DNA of 63,284 bases, filler included, from Octopus bimaculoides (taxonomy: Eukaryota), in NCBI RefSeq assembly GCF_001194135.2. It is 9 parts of 8 records of this genome, joined end to end, with 100 filler letters (N's around TTAATTAATTAA, not from the genome) between each part and the next. Parts side by side here need not be neighbours in the genome. Positions count along the whole stretch, not along the records: positions 29,957 to 39,761 come from NC_068985.1; positions 39,862 to 43,366 come from NW_026427027.1; positions 43,467 to 47,998 come from NC_068987.1; positions 48,099 to 50,416 come from NW_026364433.1; positions 50,517 to 60,000 come from NC_068994.1; 4 more parts are not named here. One strand, written 5' to 3'. The notes under the pieces are model-generated. The model saw nothing but the letters and a program-made list of their open reading frames with translations. It searched no databases and was not told where the DNA came from. How positions within the stretch are numbered: the stretch's first letter is position 1; each line of letters opens with the position of its first letter. Shown here one piece after another: positions 38,142-51,808 of this stretch. The translations under genes and the position numbers were made by a program.

Positions 38142-39861
38142 ATATAATATATATATATATATATATACATATATATATACACCCACCCGCATATGCTATA
38201 ATATAGCCATTATTACCAACCCAAGAATTATATCAGTCCAACTAGTGATGGCATCCAGGTTTGTTTTATCTTTTTCATTAATATATTTTTGGTATTTCGA
38301 TCTTCATTAGAAATTACTCAATCTTCTCAATTCTTGTATCATTCCTGATCTTTTGTGCTAATTCATTAGAAATTTAGCAAAGCAAATAAACATTTGTCCG
38401 AAGTTAACTTAATATCGATGTCTGCCATACAAAACAAGAAGAATTATTTGTTTTAAAACATATTTATTTGGCAATGATGCTCAACAACTGGCCATCAAAT
38501 TTATTTACCATCTTGGGAAAAATTGCGTAATAATTTTAGCTCAGCTTCAAAGTAAATTCTTCTCTTTTTTATTCCTCTTTTCTCTGTCAAAAGATGCCTT
38601 TTAAATAATTGTTTGATTGTGGAATATTTCTTGTAAAAAAATTTTTTTTTCTTGTTGAAAAATATTTCCTCTATGTTGCATGTTTTTTCAAATTACAGAA
38701 AACCAAAACTATTTAAAATTGTGATTATTGCAATCATTAAATTATTTTTTTTATTCAAGTGAAATAAAATTTAAATAAACTTTCTTCTTCAGAAGTAAAA
38801 GATATTTTTTCTCTTTCCATTGAAAAAAAAATTGATAATTTTTTTTAGAAAATCGAATCTGTTTCGCAATTTAAAAGAAAAGCAAAACAATATATATTTT
38901 TCTTTGTTTCAACACAGCAAATTACTGACACAATCTTTGTTATATATATATATAAACGGTTCCATTCTTGAGTAGCTTTGACCAATTCTTACTGTCATCA
39001 ACGTAAAATCTTCATTTCCACTGGAAATAGAAAACGAAATGTTATTTGGTCTTACGTAATCCTGTTCTATTTGAAGAATTTTTTTATAATTTCTATTTTA
39101 TATCAAGCTAATTCCACTAAATTATTCCTATCTTTAGGATAAAATGCAAAAAATAATTTCATTCTTCGAAGTATCTTGGTTTTTACAATTTTTTTTTGTA
39201 TATAAACTTCTCTTCTTGAAAATGTTAGTCCCAATTTTTTCATCTGTCATCATCGCCGTCAGAGTATGTTTATGTTGTTATGTTTTGTATTTCTGAGCAC
39301 ATGTGCTCACAGCTTGCACCTCCTCCATCTCTCGCACTTCCCTCAACGGGGAGGGAATTTTTTCTACTCCACATTACTTTGGCTTCTACTTAACTTCATC
39401 CTTCTCTCACATTCCCCTTTGCTTTAATCAATCTCTAAATTTAAATTCATTTCACCCAACCATAAAATATCCATTATATCCATGCTTATATGCATCAATA
39501 TATATATATATATAGATAGATGTATATATTTTAATCTGTCTCTTCAATAACCGTTCTTTCACAGAAGCTTCAAGTCGAAGTCTTCTGCTCCATATTCTAT
39601 TTTTATGAAGATATTTTCTTTAGTCGAACACCGTACTAACCATGCTTATCTGTTTAAAGAGGAGGAGTTTACAAAAAAAATCCCCGCCTGTTTTTCAGCC
39701 ACATGTGTGTATAGACAATACTCACTGTTTATATATATATATATATAATATATATATATATNNNNNNNNNNNNNNNNNNNNNNNNNNNNNNNNNNNNNNN
39801 NNNNNTTAATTAATTAANNNNNNNNNNNNNNNNNNNNNNNNNNNNNNNNNNNNNNNNNNNN

Positions 39862-39902
<41 letters not shown>

Positions 39903-40230
39903 AATGTGAATATACGTATTATTATATATACACACAATTACGCCAACGCGAGCGCATACGTGCACACGCATAAACGCACATATACCTGCTCACTGGTATA
40001 TGTGTAGAGGCAAAGGGAAAGTAATGTAAAGAAGCAGATATACAAAGCTCACTAGAAACAAATTAAGCATAGCAACTTCACGTAAAGGGTCAACGGTGAA
40101 CGGTGCACGTTTATTAACTGATTTCACAATGGGGTTGTAATGCTATATCTGTGAATGTTACTAATACGTAGGTACATGCAGATATATGTATGTGTATATG
40201 TATGTGTAAGTATGTATGTATGTATGTATG

Positions 40231-40271
<41 letters not shown>

Positions 40272-40756
40272 NNNNNNNNNNNNNNNNNNNNNNNNNNNNN
40301 NNNNNNNNNNNNNNNNNNNNNNNNNNNNNNNNNNNNNNNNNNNNNNNNNNNNNNNNNNNNNNNNNNNNNNNNNNNNNNNNNNNNNNNNNNNNNNNNNNNN
40401 NNNNNNNNNNNNNNNNNNNNNNNNNNNNNNNNNNNNNNNNNNNNNNNNNNNNNNNNNNNNNNNNNNNNNNNNNNNNNNNNNNNNNNNNNNNNNNNNNNNN
40501 NNNNNNNNNNNNNNNNNNNNNNNNNNNNNNNNNNNNNNNNNNNNNNNNNNNNNNNNNNNNNNNNNNNNNNNNNNNNNNNNNNNNNNNNNNNNNNNNNNNN
40601 NNNNNNNNNNNNNNNNNNNNNNNNNNNNNNNNNNNNNNNNNNNNNNNNNNNNNNNNNNNNNNNNNNNNNNNNNNNNNNNNNNNNNNNNNNNNNNNNNNNN
40701 NNNNNNNNNNNNNNNNNNNNNNNNNNNNNNNNNNNNNNNNNNNNNNNNNNNNNNNN

Positions 40757-40808
<52 letters not shown>

Positions 40809-42468
40809 TATATGTATATATATGTATATATATGTATGTATGTATATATATATACACACACACATTAGAAATATGAATGGCGACACGTATTGTTTATTGG
40901 ACAGCAATGTCTGAGATTTTTTCAGCGTTCCCACAAAATGCAGTTTATGAAACAATTCGTTCCGGCTCGTAAATCCCATATGCTTTCTTTTGCCAGTGTT
41001 ACCGTTTCCCTCTCATCGGTATATGCCAAGAAACAGATATCGCTAATTGCATTACGATAGTTCTATTATTTCTCTCTCGCTAGAATTGTTACATTCTGAC
41101 TACGATCATACATATTTACAATACATGATTTGCATAGTCTTTGTCTAACATGTGTCGGCAATGCATTTAAGAGATTGACACACATAGCAGTGTTTGGTGT
41201 GGCGCTGTCGTAAAGGACAGTTATCACAGGTTCCCTGGAGAGGCATTGATCTTACGAATATACACTACACATGAATAACTAATAATCCGAAGGAAATACG
41301 TAACGTATGGTTTCCTTCAGTTCTAGAGAGAGGTAAAAATTACACTTCCCTGTTCTGCTTTATCCTGAAACGCCAGACTGAAATTAACAACTTCACCACT
41401 CTTCAAGTTAGTGTTACTAGACTCTTACTTAATTATATTACTAACTATGCCTCCCTGAAAAAACTCCTGTGACTGCCGAAACTAGCTTTAGTATCGATCA
41501 ACAGTTAGCATTCTGCAACGTATGGCCGTTATCAAAGATGCTCCTCTGTGTGAATTTCAAACTATTAGTCCGTTATATTCCACAGAAATCGTTTAAGCCC
41601 TAGATTCTCCTAATCACAGATGCATTGTAAGCAACCACTGCTAGATCATAGTGAGATTATTGCCAGCACTCTATCATCATAAACTATAATCTCCTCGGTA
41701 AATCCATAAATATATACAGCTTACCATAACATATAAACGTCGCCACTGTTATGTCTGAAGCTACTGCTATCTAGCACCTTCGGATGATCGCTACTCAACC
41801 GCTACAAACTCCTACTCGACTGCTACTCAACACTACCACGGCCAGACTACCTCTATTTATATGTCTTGGGAGATCCTACTTCTTCACATGGGGGCGTCGA
41901 CACAACACTATAGATGAAAACTCTTGAAATTAAAATTTATATGCTTTTTCCTGCCTCAAGCAAGAAAATATTTTTTCGCTAATTTTTGTTTATTACGAAT
42001 GCACAAAGCAGAAAATATCCATTATTCTACTTGGCTAAAGGCATTGTCCTTTGTACAATAACTTATATCCTGTTATCTTACTCAGAATTTAACCAAAAAT
42101 TGATTCACGCTGAGAAGAGGATATGGCATGCTTACGAACTGTTTTCACTCGCTTTCAGATACATGTCAAAATGTTAACACACACTCACTTATCTTTCACC
42201 ACGAATATTCAAATCGTTTTTTATTGGAATCGTTTTGGAATTCGCTGATCTAAATATCTTAAGAATAGAGCCGCATTGAAAATTAATGAGTATCCTTTCT
42301 AGAAATAGGTTTCTAATTGCAAGCGATTAAAATTTTTCCGATCCACGCTTGAAGCAAGTCTCCATATATATATATATAGTGTTTATTTAGTAACGGTAAT
42401 TGATCATAAGGCCAGAAAAAAATTATATAGCTCACCGCACACACAATTGTCAAATATTCAGTCATATG

Positions 42469-42545
<77 letters not shown>

Positions 42546-42889
42546 ATATATATATATATACCGGAGTAAGCACATAAATGTGCAACAAGGTGGGAAAGAG
42601 AGTACTCAAATACCAGAGGTAGAGTGATATGCTTTATTTAAAAGCAGCAGAAATATGACAAAAACTGATACTCGGAGTTTCACGTTCTCGTTTATCGGAG
42701 AGTTTTGTTAGAAATGGGAGAGAAATGACGATACAATCAAAACTAACATATATACATCAGCTTACATATATATATATTAGTTTTGATTGCATTGTCAACT
42801 CTCTCCCATTTCTAAGAAAACTGTCCGATGAACGGGAACGTGAAACTCCGAGTAACAGTTTTTTGTTATATTTTTGCTGCTTGTAACTA

Positions 42890-42944
<55 letters not shown>

Positions 42945-42964
42945 TATATATATATATACATATA

Positions 42965-43063
<99 letters not shown>

Positions 43064-43094
43064 ATATATATATATATGTATGTATGTATATGTG

Positions 43095-43125
<31 letters not shown>

Positions 43126-43140
43126 GGTATTTTTACATAG

Positions 43141-43343
43141 GCTTAAAGCTTATGTCGATAACTTGCAATGACTAAGGAAAATAGTCTAATAAAGGGGCAT
43201 ATAAGCCCTCGACAGAAAAAAACAAGTCTTTCCAAGCCCACGCGGATAGGAAAGCCTTGTTTTTTTTCTGTCGAGGGCTTATATGCCCCTTTATTAGACT
43301 ATTTACCTTAGTCAGTGCACGGCGATCGCCAAAAGCTTTAAGC
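43141..43343. repeat. Near-perfect fold-back of the 30228-family element
   Basis: Arms 43169-43233 / 43249-43314 with outer GCTTAAAGCTT / AAGCTTTAAGC. Confidence 0.85.
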
Positions 43344-43504
43344 TTATATAAAAATACCATTATTATNNNNNNNNNNNNNNNNNNNNNNNNNNNNNNNNNN
43401 NNNNNNNNNNTTAATTAATTAANNNNNNNNNNNNNNNNNNNNNNNNNNNNNNNNNNNNNNNNNNNNCCATGCACATATGTATGTATGCATGTATGTATAT
43501 ATAT

Positions 43505-43907
43505 TTGCTTACCAACCACATGGTTCCGGGTTCAGTCCCACTGCGTAGCACTTTGGGCAAGTGTCCTTTACTATGGCCTTGGGCCGACCAAAGCCTTGTG
43601 AGTGGATTTGGTAAACAGAAAGAAACCCGTCGTATATGTATATACATACATATACGTATGTGTGTGTGTGTATATATATATATATATGTGTGTGTGTGTG
43701 GGGGGGTCTGTGTTTGTCCCCCCCACCCAACATCGCCTGACAACCGATTCTGGTGTGTCTACGTCCCAGTAACTTAGCGGTTCGGCAAAAAGAGACCGAT
43801 AGAATAAGTACTAGGTTTACAAAGAATAAGTCCTGGGGTCGATTTGTTCGACTAAAGGCGTGCTCCAGCATGACCACAGTCAAGATGACTGAAACAAATA
43901 AAAGAAT
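43505..43907 (+). mobile_element. SINE family A
   Basis: Aligns to the reverse complement of 11561-11968. Confidence 0.85.
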
Positions 43908-44772
43908 NNNNNNNNNNNNNNNNNNNNNNNNNNNNNNNNNNNNNNNNNNNNNNNNNNNNNNNNNNNNNNNNNNNNNNNNNNNNNNNNNNNNNNNNNNNNN
44001 NNNNNNNNNNNNNNNNNNNNNNNNNNNNNNNNNNNNNNNNNNNNNNNNNNNNNNNNNNNNNNNNNNNNNNNNNNNNNNNNNNNNNNNNNNNNNNNNNNNN
44101 NNNNNNNNNNNNNNNNNNNNNNNNNNNNNNNNNNNNNNNNNNNNNNNNNNNNNNNNNNNNNNNNNNNNNNNNNNNNNNNNNNNNNNNNNNNNNNNNNNNN
44201 NNNNNNNNNNNNNNNNNNNNNNNNNNNNNNNNNNNNNNNNNNNNNNNNNNNNNNNNNNNNNNNNNNNNNNNNNNNNNNNNNNNNNNNNNNNNNNNNNNNN
44301 NNNNNNNNNNNNNNNNNNNNNNNNNNNNNNNNNNNNNNNNNNNNNNNNNNNNNNNNNNNNNNNNNNNNNNNNNNNNNNNNNNNNNNNNNNNNNNNNNNNN
44401 NNNNNNNNNNNNNNNNNNNNNNNNNNNNNNNNNNNNNNNNNNNNNNNNNNNNNNNNNNNNNNNNNNNNNNNNNNNNNNNNNNNNNNNNNNNNNNNNNNNN
44501 NNNNNNNNNNNNNNNNNNNNNNNNNNNNNNNNNNNNNNNNNNNNNNNNNNNNNNNNNNNNNNNNNNNNNNNNNNNNNNNNNNNNNNNNNNNNNNNNNNNN
44601 NNNNNNNNNNNNNNNNNNNNNNNNNNNNNNNNNNNNNNNNNNNNNNNNNNNNNNNNNNNNGGAAAGTGTTTGTTTGTAGACCTTTCAAACGCGTCCACCA
44701 CGCGCATTCTTTTGCCATAGCTATCAGTGTTACAAAAACCGTTTTTCCTTCCCGTTTAAAGGAAGGTGGCGG

Positions 44773-44817
<45 letters not shown>

Positions 44818-46410
44818 TCATGACGACCAGCCAGCCAGCCTGCCAGCCAGCCAGCCATCCAGCCAGCCAACCAACCAGCCAGCCAGCCAGCTAGCCAGCC
44901 AGCTAGCCAGCCGGCAGTACTGTTCCGCTTCTGACACCCTATCACTTAAAGCAACAACAACTTCAATTACATGTTACCATATCATTACATGTACAACCAG
45001 CATAACATCGTTATGTCAGTCACTACATGAGGCTATCACCACCATTGCTACGGGAACCTCTACGTGGTCCGTCACTCGATTTGCTAGAAATAGCAGACAT
45101 ATGCCCTTGAATTACAACTTAACCGCTTTGGAAAATAGGACACATGTGCTAATAGGTGCACTGTGCCTAAGGAAGAGGCGTGATAGTCATGACAGGACTC
45201 AGTGGCATAGTTGGGTAGGTTGAGGGGATGCAGTCTGCCCCGAGCGGTGTTTTTTATGGGAATGGGGCTTTTGTATCTGCTCATCAGACCTGTATAGACG
45301 TGGAGACCTGGGGCGTGGGTGCGGCATGCAGATGGGCTGCCCCAAGCGGCACACATTCTAGTTACACTACTGACTCGACTGGTTTTGAAACTATGTCTCC
45401 TTAATCAAAACTGACAAGGGGTTAATAAAAGCAACAACAACAACAACCCAAAATTGCAACCAAAGAGTCAATGAGGAGTTCACTATGCGGTTTCTTTATC
45501 TGCTAGAAATAGGAGCTAAATTTCTCTATTTAAATCACAACTTGCTGACTTGAAATAGGAAAGTCACATATGGGAAAAGAGGTTCTTGGAGCTGACAGCT
45601 GAGGTAAAAAGACGGGATGGTCATGGCTGGAATACCCTTTATTATAGGATTACAAAAACATGGCTGACCTGGTGATAAGTACTACTTCCAGCAGCAGCAT
45701 CATCACCACCACCAATGTTGGGCTGGATTCTCTCTAAGTGGTCACATCTGGAATGTTTTTTTCTTTTTTTATTGTTGTTCGACCCGATAAAAGCTGACCT
45801 GGGGCTAAACAACCCTAAAAAGAACAAGAAAAACAACCACAACATCAACAACAGTCGCAACCCGTTATTCTATCACAAGAAGCAGTAATGCTTAAAAAAA
45901 AAGGGGCAAGAAAAAAAAAAGCAGAGAAAAAACACAAAAAAATCGAGTACCACATCATTACTTCATCATTACATAATTACAGTTAATAATCAGATTATCA
46001 GAAACATTATCCCACCATTAGAGTCATTATTTACCGTTAAGGAACGAAGAGCAGGGATATTTTACATAACGTAGTTGGACGTACAAAATTACGATAGTCA
46101 CGGTTAGAAAGCCTATACTCATAGCTTTGATTGACCAGCGTTGACCTAGGGCTAAACAAAAACAACGACACCAAATATTTTTCTTATAATCACAGCAATA
46201 CCGTCTTTTAGAGAAGTAGATCGGCCGAATCATTATCTTTTATTCTTTATTTGTTATAGTCACTGGACTGTGGCAATGCTGGGGCATCGCCTTGAACGGT
46301 GCCGCCGAAAGAATAGATCGGTCGATCCCTAGGTTTATTTTAAAGCCTGATACTTATTCCATCGATATCTTTTGCCGAATTGTTAAGTTATGGGAATGTG
46401 CGAGAGGCTA

Positions 46411-46598
46411 AGGGTATTGCGAAAAGTTCCTGACTTTTAAAAGTATTGCGAAGGCCTGGCTGGAGGCCCAACCTTCCGAGTTATTTTACAGGGCTTAGAG
46501 AAACTGAAGGACCTCTGCAATAAGCGTGTGAATCATAATTAACTGATCCTCCTGTATTTAATTTTACACAAATTCAGGAACGTTTCAGCACCCCTTCG
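46411..46598 (+). mobile_element. Mariner-derived MITE
   Basis: GAAAAGTTCCTG / CAGGAACGTTTCAGCACCCCT inverted ends; paralog at 47403-47614. Confidence 0.7.
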
Positions 46599-46731
46599 AA
46601 AACAGATCAATACTGCTGGTCAAGCGATGATGGGCGGATTAACACAAACACAGACATACATATTCATGCATACATACATACATACATACATACACACAAA
46701 CACATACATGCATACATACATACGTAGTCTC

Positions 46732-46772
<41 letters not shown>

Positions 46773-47339
46773 NNNNNNNNNNGCACGTATATTTGAGAAC
46801 ATTTTTATAAACTAGCATTGAAGCACCGAGTGAGTTAGTATTGTTGAAATGAAGGAAATGGTGAACGCAGGAGAACAAACAGCTTAGAGGATCAGTTATT
46901 TTCTATCTATAACGGTGTTTTACTTGATTCTCAGAGCCTTTTTCACAGCTGTCTTCCTGCGTTCAAGATTACCTTCATTTCTAAAACATATATATATCAA
47001 AATAAACATCAGAGATGTTATTGCTCTGCGCAGAAATTCCAGGAGTTATTCAGAGATTTTGCATTCTCATCTAAATCCATTGCAATGCCGGAAACCTTTC
47101 CATATCGTCAGCAGGTATCTCTGGGTCACAAGCGCTTTGCCCCTTAATCTATATGCTTCACCTGAGTGGGGCAGCGAGGACTAAACTGGTCTTCACCTAC
47201 GGAAGGGTTTCACTTGCAGTCTTTTATCAACCATAGCCATCTTGAGTTAGTTTCAGCTGCCATGCCTATTTCCTTAGTGGTTTTCTTCAGTTGTTGGGGT
47301 TTCAGACCTCATCTTATGCAGGAAATAACGCGCTGATCA

Positions 47340-47372
<33 letters not shown>

Positions 47373-47402
47373 TCTCTCTCTGTCGCTATATAATATATGC
47401 AT

Positions 47403-47614
47403 AAGCGGGTAATGAAAAGTTCCTGGTTTTAAGGGTATCACGAAAGGCCCAGTTGAGACCCAAACTTTTGAGTTCTTTTATAGGACTTAAAAAACTGAAG
47501 GACCACTGCAATAAGTGTGTAAATCTGGGAGGGGAATAGTTTGCATAAAATCATAATTCACTGATCCTCCTGTATTTTCGTTTACCCAAAAGCCAGGAAC
47601 TTTACAGCAGCTCG
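47403..47614 (+). mobile_element. Mariner-derived MITE
   Basis: TGAAAAGTTCCTGGTTTT / AAAAGCCAGGAACTTTACA inverted ends; internal AAAACTGAAGGACC..ACTGATCCTCCTGTATT shared with the 46411 copy. Confidence 0.7.
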
Positions 47615-47956
47615 TTCGTTATTTTCCTTTCGTTCTGGTCTAACGACCTCCACGTTTGTTTTCGTTCGGTTTCTTTGTATGTCACCATGCTCCCAACTTT
47701 GACCCTCCATAAATCCTAAATTTTTATTTTAGAATTTATGGGACCAACTGTCTTTGAAGACTCATATTGTCGTTGAATGCTCGAAATGAGGAGTAGATAG
47801 ACAGCCGACAACTGATGAAGGGTCCTTTCTCTGTGATTGGTTGTCCTATTTTCCATTTTTTATCTCGTTGTTTACGTATCTCACTCGTTTTTCCCTCGTT
47901 TGTTTATGTATTTCATGTTATTTGCACTGTTGGTGACGTCCTGTACCCATATATGC

Positions 47957-47998
<42 letters not shown>

Positions 47999-48210
47999 NN
48001 NNNNNNNNNNNNNNNNNNNNNNNNNNNNNNNNNNNNNNNNNNTTAATTAATTAANNNNNNNNNNNNNNNNNNNNNNNNNNNNNNNNNNNNNNNNNNNNCT
48101 AGTATTTATTCTATCAGTCTCTTTTGCCAAACTAATTTATAGGGATGTAAACAGACCAACATAGGTTGTCAAGTGATATTGATATGGGGTAGGGTTCAGA
48201 TATACACAAA

Positions 48211-48250
<40 letters not shown>

Positions 48251-48316
48251 NNNNNNNNNNTGTTAATTATTTTTACATGTGTGTGTGCGTGTGTGTGTGT
48301 ATTTCTGTTGTACTGT

Positions 48317-48511
48317 AGGCACAAGGCCTGAAATTTTGGGGGAGGGGGCTAGTTAATTACATTGGCCCCTAATGTTTCGCTGGCACTTGATTTATTGACC
48401 CTGAAAAATTAAAGGCAGTCAACCCCAATGAACTTTGAACTCAGAATGTAGTGACAGGTGAAACACCGCTAAGTACTTCATCCAGTGCGCGTGCAATTCT
48501 GCCAGCTCGCC
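48317..48511 (-). mobile_element. Old SINE family D
   Basis: Aligns to 27975-28161. Confidence 0.7.
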
Positions 48512-50234
48512 TCTCTCTCCCTCTCCCCCTCTATTCTGTATATAAAAAAAAGTTTGGCTACTTTTTCTAGCAGTTCATGCAACCACATACAGGCTCTGTC
48601 GTTGGTCTGTCTCAGTAAGAATTTTGTTATTTAGCCTCAAATCAACTCTGATACAGCAAACCTATCACTAAAGACATTCCAGCCTTCAGCAAACCGTCTT
48701 TATAGGGATAATCTTGGACATTACATATAATGGGTGTATGATTTAGGTAGGGGGATACTTTGGCTGCTATTTTTAGCGTGTCGAGCGACCGGGTAGAGGC
48801 TCCTTGATTTAACCACAAGCATAAACATTCACCTTATAAAGAGATAATTACTGCACATCATAGAACTAAATTACCTGAACTAACATATCAAGTAGGAGAA
48901 ACTATTGACAAATTAAACTTGTCTGAATAGTTCCGGTGTNNNNNNNNNNNNNNNNNNNNNNNNNNNNNNNNNNNNNNNNNNNNNNNNNNNNNNNNNNNNN
49001 NNNNNNNNNNNNNNNNNNNNNNNNNNNNNNNNNNNNNNNNNNNNNNNNNNNNNNNNNNNNNNNNNNNNNNNNNNNNNNNNNNNNNNNNNNNNNNNNNNNN
49101 NNNNNNNNNNNNNNNNNNNNNNNNNNNNNNNNNNNNNNNNNNNNNNNNNNNNNNNNNNNNNNNNNNNNNNNNNNNNNNNNNNNNNNNNNNNNNNNNNNNN
49201 NNNNNNNNNNNNNNNNNNNNNNNNNNNNNNNNNNNNNNNNNNNNNNNNNNNNNNNNNNNNNNNNNNNNNNNNNNNNNNNNNNNNNNNNNNNNNNNNNNNN
49301 NNNNNNNNNNNNNNNNNNNNNNNNNNNNNNNNNNNNNNNNNNNNNNNNNNNNNNNNNNNNNNNNNNNNNNNNNNNNNNNNNNNNNNNNNNNNNNNNNNNN
49401 NNNNNNNNNNNNNNNNNNNNNNNNNNNNNNNNNNNNNNNNNNNNNNNNNNNNNNNNNNNNNNNNNNNNNNNNNNNNNNNNNNNNNNNNNNNNNNNNNNNN
49501 NNNNNNNNNNNNNNNNNNNNNNNNNNNNNNNNNNNNNNNNNNNNNNNNNNNNNNNNNNNNNNNNNNNNNNNNNNNNNNNNNNNNNNNNNNNNNNNNNNNN
49601 NACTATGTCTAATTCGATAATTTTCAAGTTTCAAAAAATTATGTCTAACCTGGGGTAAATGAGTCATGACTAATTTTTAAGATTTCTTCACTTAATAAAT
49701 GTTTTTTTTCTTACACACACACACAGACATGGATTTACTTGGTGTTGGATGAAAATTTAAATTAAAATTTTTTGTTTGTTTTAATCTCAGTAACGGACCA
49801 CCCTTGGGCTAAACAGTAAGTGGATCATGAAGTTATAGAGAATACATTGAGTTTTTTTTTTATTTAGTCGCGTGTCGTTCATTTCGTATCAGGTTTCATT
49901 TCCCCATCTTCCCTCTTTCATTCAACCTAAATATTTAAAGTTTTTGTTGGATTTCTAAGAATGGATATTGTGTTTGTGTGTTTTCGAATGTAATTCTGGA
50001 GAATTTAAGAGGCAAATTTACCCCACCTTGTCTTACTCATTTTGTCCCATCTAAATTTGTCTTTATCCTCAAACAGAACCGAGGTAATTTTCTGAAATAG
50101 CGTTCTAAATATGTTATAGTGTTTTAAATGTATTCAGAGAAGGCCATTTGCTTAACTGCTGTAGTTTTTGTTAGGTAGTGAATATTTGTAAAAAAAAAAT
50201 AAAAAATAAAAATAAATAAAATAAAGTTACTAAA

Positions 50235-50390
50235 GGCGTAGGAGTGACTGTGTGGTGTAGCTTGCTTACCATCCTCATGGTTCTGGGTTCAATTCCACTG
50301 CATGGCACCTTGGGCAAGTGTCTTCTACTATAGCCTCAGGCCGACTAAAGCCTTGTGAGTGGAAACTGAAACTGAAAAAAGCCCATCGTA
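50235..50390 (+). mobile_element. SINE family A 5' half, CpG-decayed
   Basis: GGCGTAGGAGTGACTG..CACCTTGGGCAAGTGTCTTCTACTATAGCC. Confidence 0.8.
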
Positions 50391-50781
50391 TATATATATA
50401 TATATATATATATATANNNNNNNNNNNNNNNNNNNNNNNNNNNNNNNNNNNNNNNNNNNNTTAATTAATTAANNNNNNNNNNNNNNNNNNNNNNNNNNNN
50501 NNNNNNNNNNNNNNNNGGGGGGGGGGGGTGATGTCATTGACATAACTTCTCGGTGAGAGTATAAAAACTGCACCCCTCTGCCAAGATATGTTGAGCCAGT
50601 GTAGTAGAATAGGCTCGTTGAACCAGTATGACCTTAAGCACAAATTCAAGGCCTCCACATCGGACCATGGTTGGCGGAGGGAACATGCTGAGGTCTTAGT
50701 CTTGAAGTGGACTGAACATAGGCAAACCTAATCTAATCCTAGTCCATTTAATTGTAAATGAGTTCTAGCAATAGCTAGCAA

Positions 50782-50870
50782 GTTAACCCTGTGACAGACC
50801 AACATCCCATTCAGAGAGGAATGTTGTAATGTCACTCACTTATATGTCATGGAAACCAGATATTAAGACC
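50782..50870 (+). mobile_element. Possible relic of a MetaSINE-type central domain
   Basis: GTTAACCCTGTGACAGACCAACATCCCATTCAGAGAGG..GGAAACCAGATA resembles the Meta-domain consensus as I recall it (AACCCTGCGATGGACTAGCATCCCATCCAGGGGG); not aligned computationally. Confidence 0.4.
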
Positions 50871-51758
50871 TAAACTTATGAGTTCTAGGGCTTATGACAG
50901 ACCCTATATGTCTTATTGGTTGTCATTGATTACTCTCAGTCAACCCTGCTTGAGTAAGCCACATGTTATATCCAAGTGTAGCATACTGTACCTCTCATGC
51001 TTTGGTCTGGTGTGAAACCCCATCTTAACATTGTTAGTTGGTTATTTGTTTTGAGGAATGTACTGTTAGTACTACAAACAGGGCCAGTCAGTTAAGTTGT
51101 TATTTAGTTAGTCCTTATATGGTCAAAAACTGTAGCAGTGGTCCCTACAGAGATATTTGAGATGGATTTATTTCTTCAATGCTTCAAGGCTGGGAATCCT
51201 TAGTCATTTATTTAACCTTATGCAAAGCTCTAATTCAACAGATCTATTATAAAAGTTTTCCCTTTAATGATTATTTAGTGTATCTAGGTCTTCAAGGACT
51301 ATATTATCCAAAGTTGTTTAGCTCAGGTCAGCCATAATCCAGAAGACATATATGATCAAAGACATTCCATCCATGGCCACACCATCTTTTTGTCTTTTTG
51401 CAGGTGCAAGTATGGCTGCGAGGCATCTTGGGAGCAAGTGTCTTTAACTATAGGCTTGGGCCAACCAAACGCTCGTAAGTGAATTTGATAGAGAGAATTT
51501 GAAAGAGGCTTATGTATGTGTGTGAGTGGGTGTTTTCCTTGACATCATAGAATAGTTATAAATGAGGGTTACCATTATACAAGTGAAGTCACTCATTTAA
51601 GTCTTCTGTGAAAGCATGTTAGGCCATAGGGAACTTTCACCTTGCTCGGAAACAGGTAAGGGTTGGCAAGAAAAAAAGACATTTCCACCATACGAAATTT
51701 GCCTCAACAAATCCTGTCTGACCTAAAGAAGCATGGAAAAGTGAATCTTAAACTGATC

Positions 51759-51808
<50 letters not shown>

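Noticed and set aside
38250-39260. AT-rich stretch with protein-like minus-strand fragments
   Set aside because: Stops in all frames and no recognisable motif; cannot be supported.
45265-45293. Minus-strand CUGAUGAG
   Set aside because: Followed by AAAA rather than GAAA, and no stem I partner.
17729-49667. Long ORFs of 200-325 aa in the track, and HT/YI/CV-repeat ORFs
   Set aside because: They are made of X (N gaps) or translated microsatellites.
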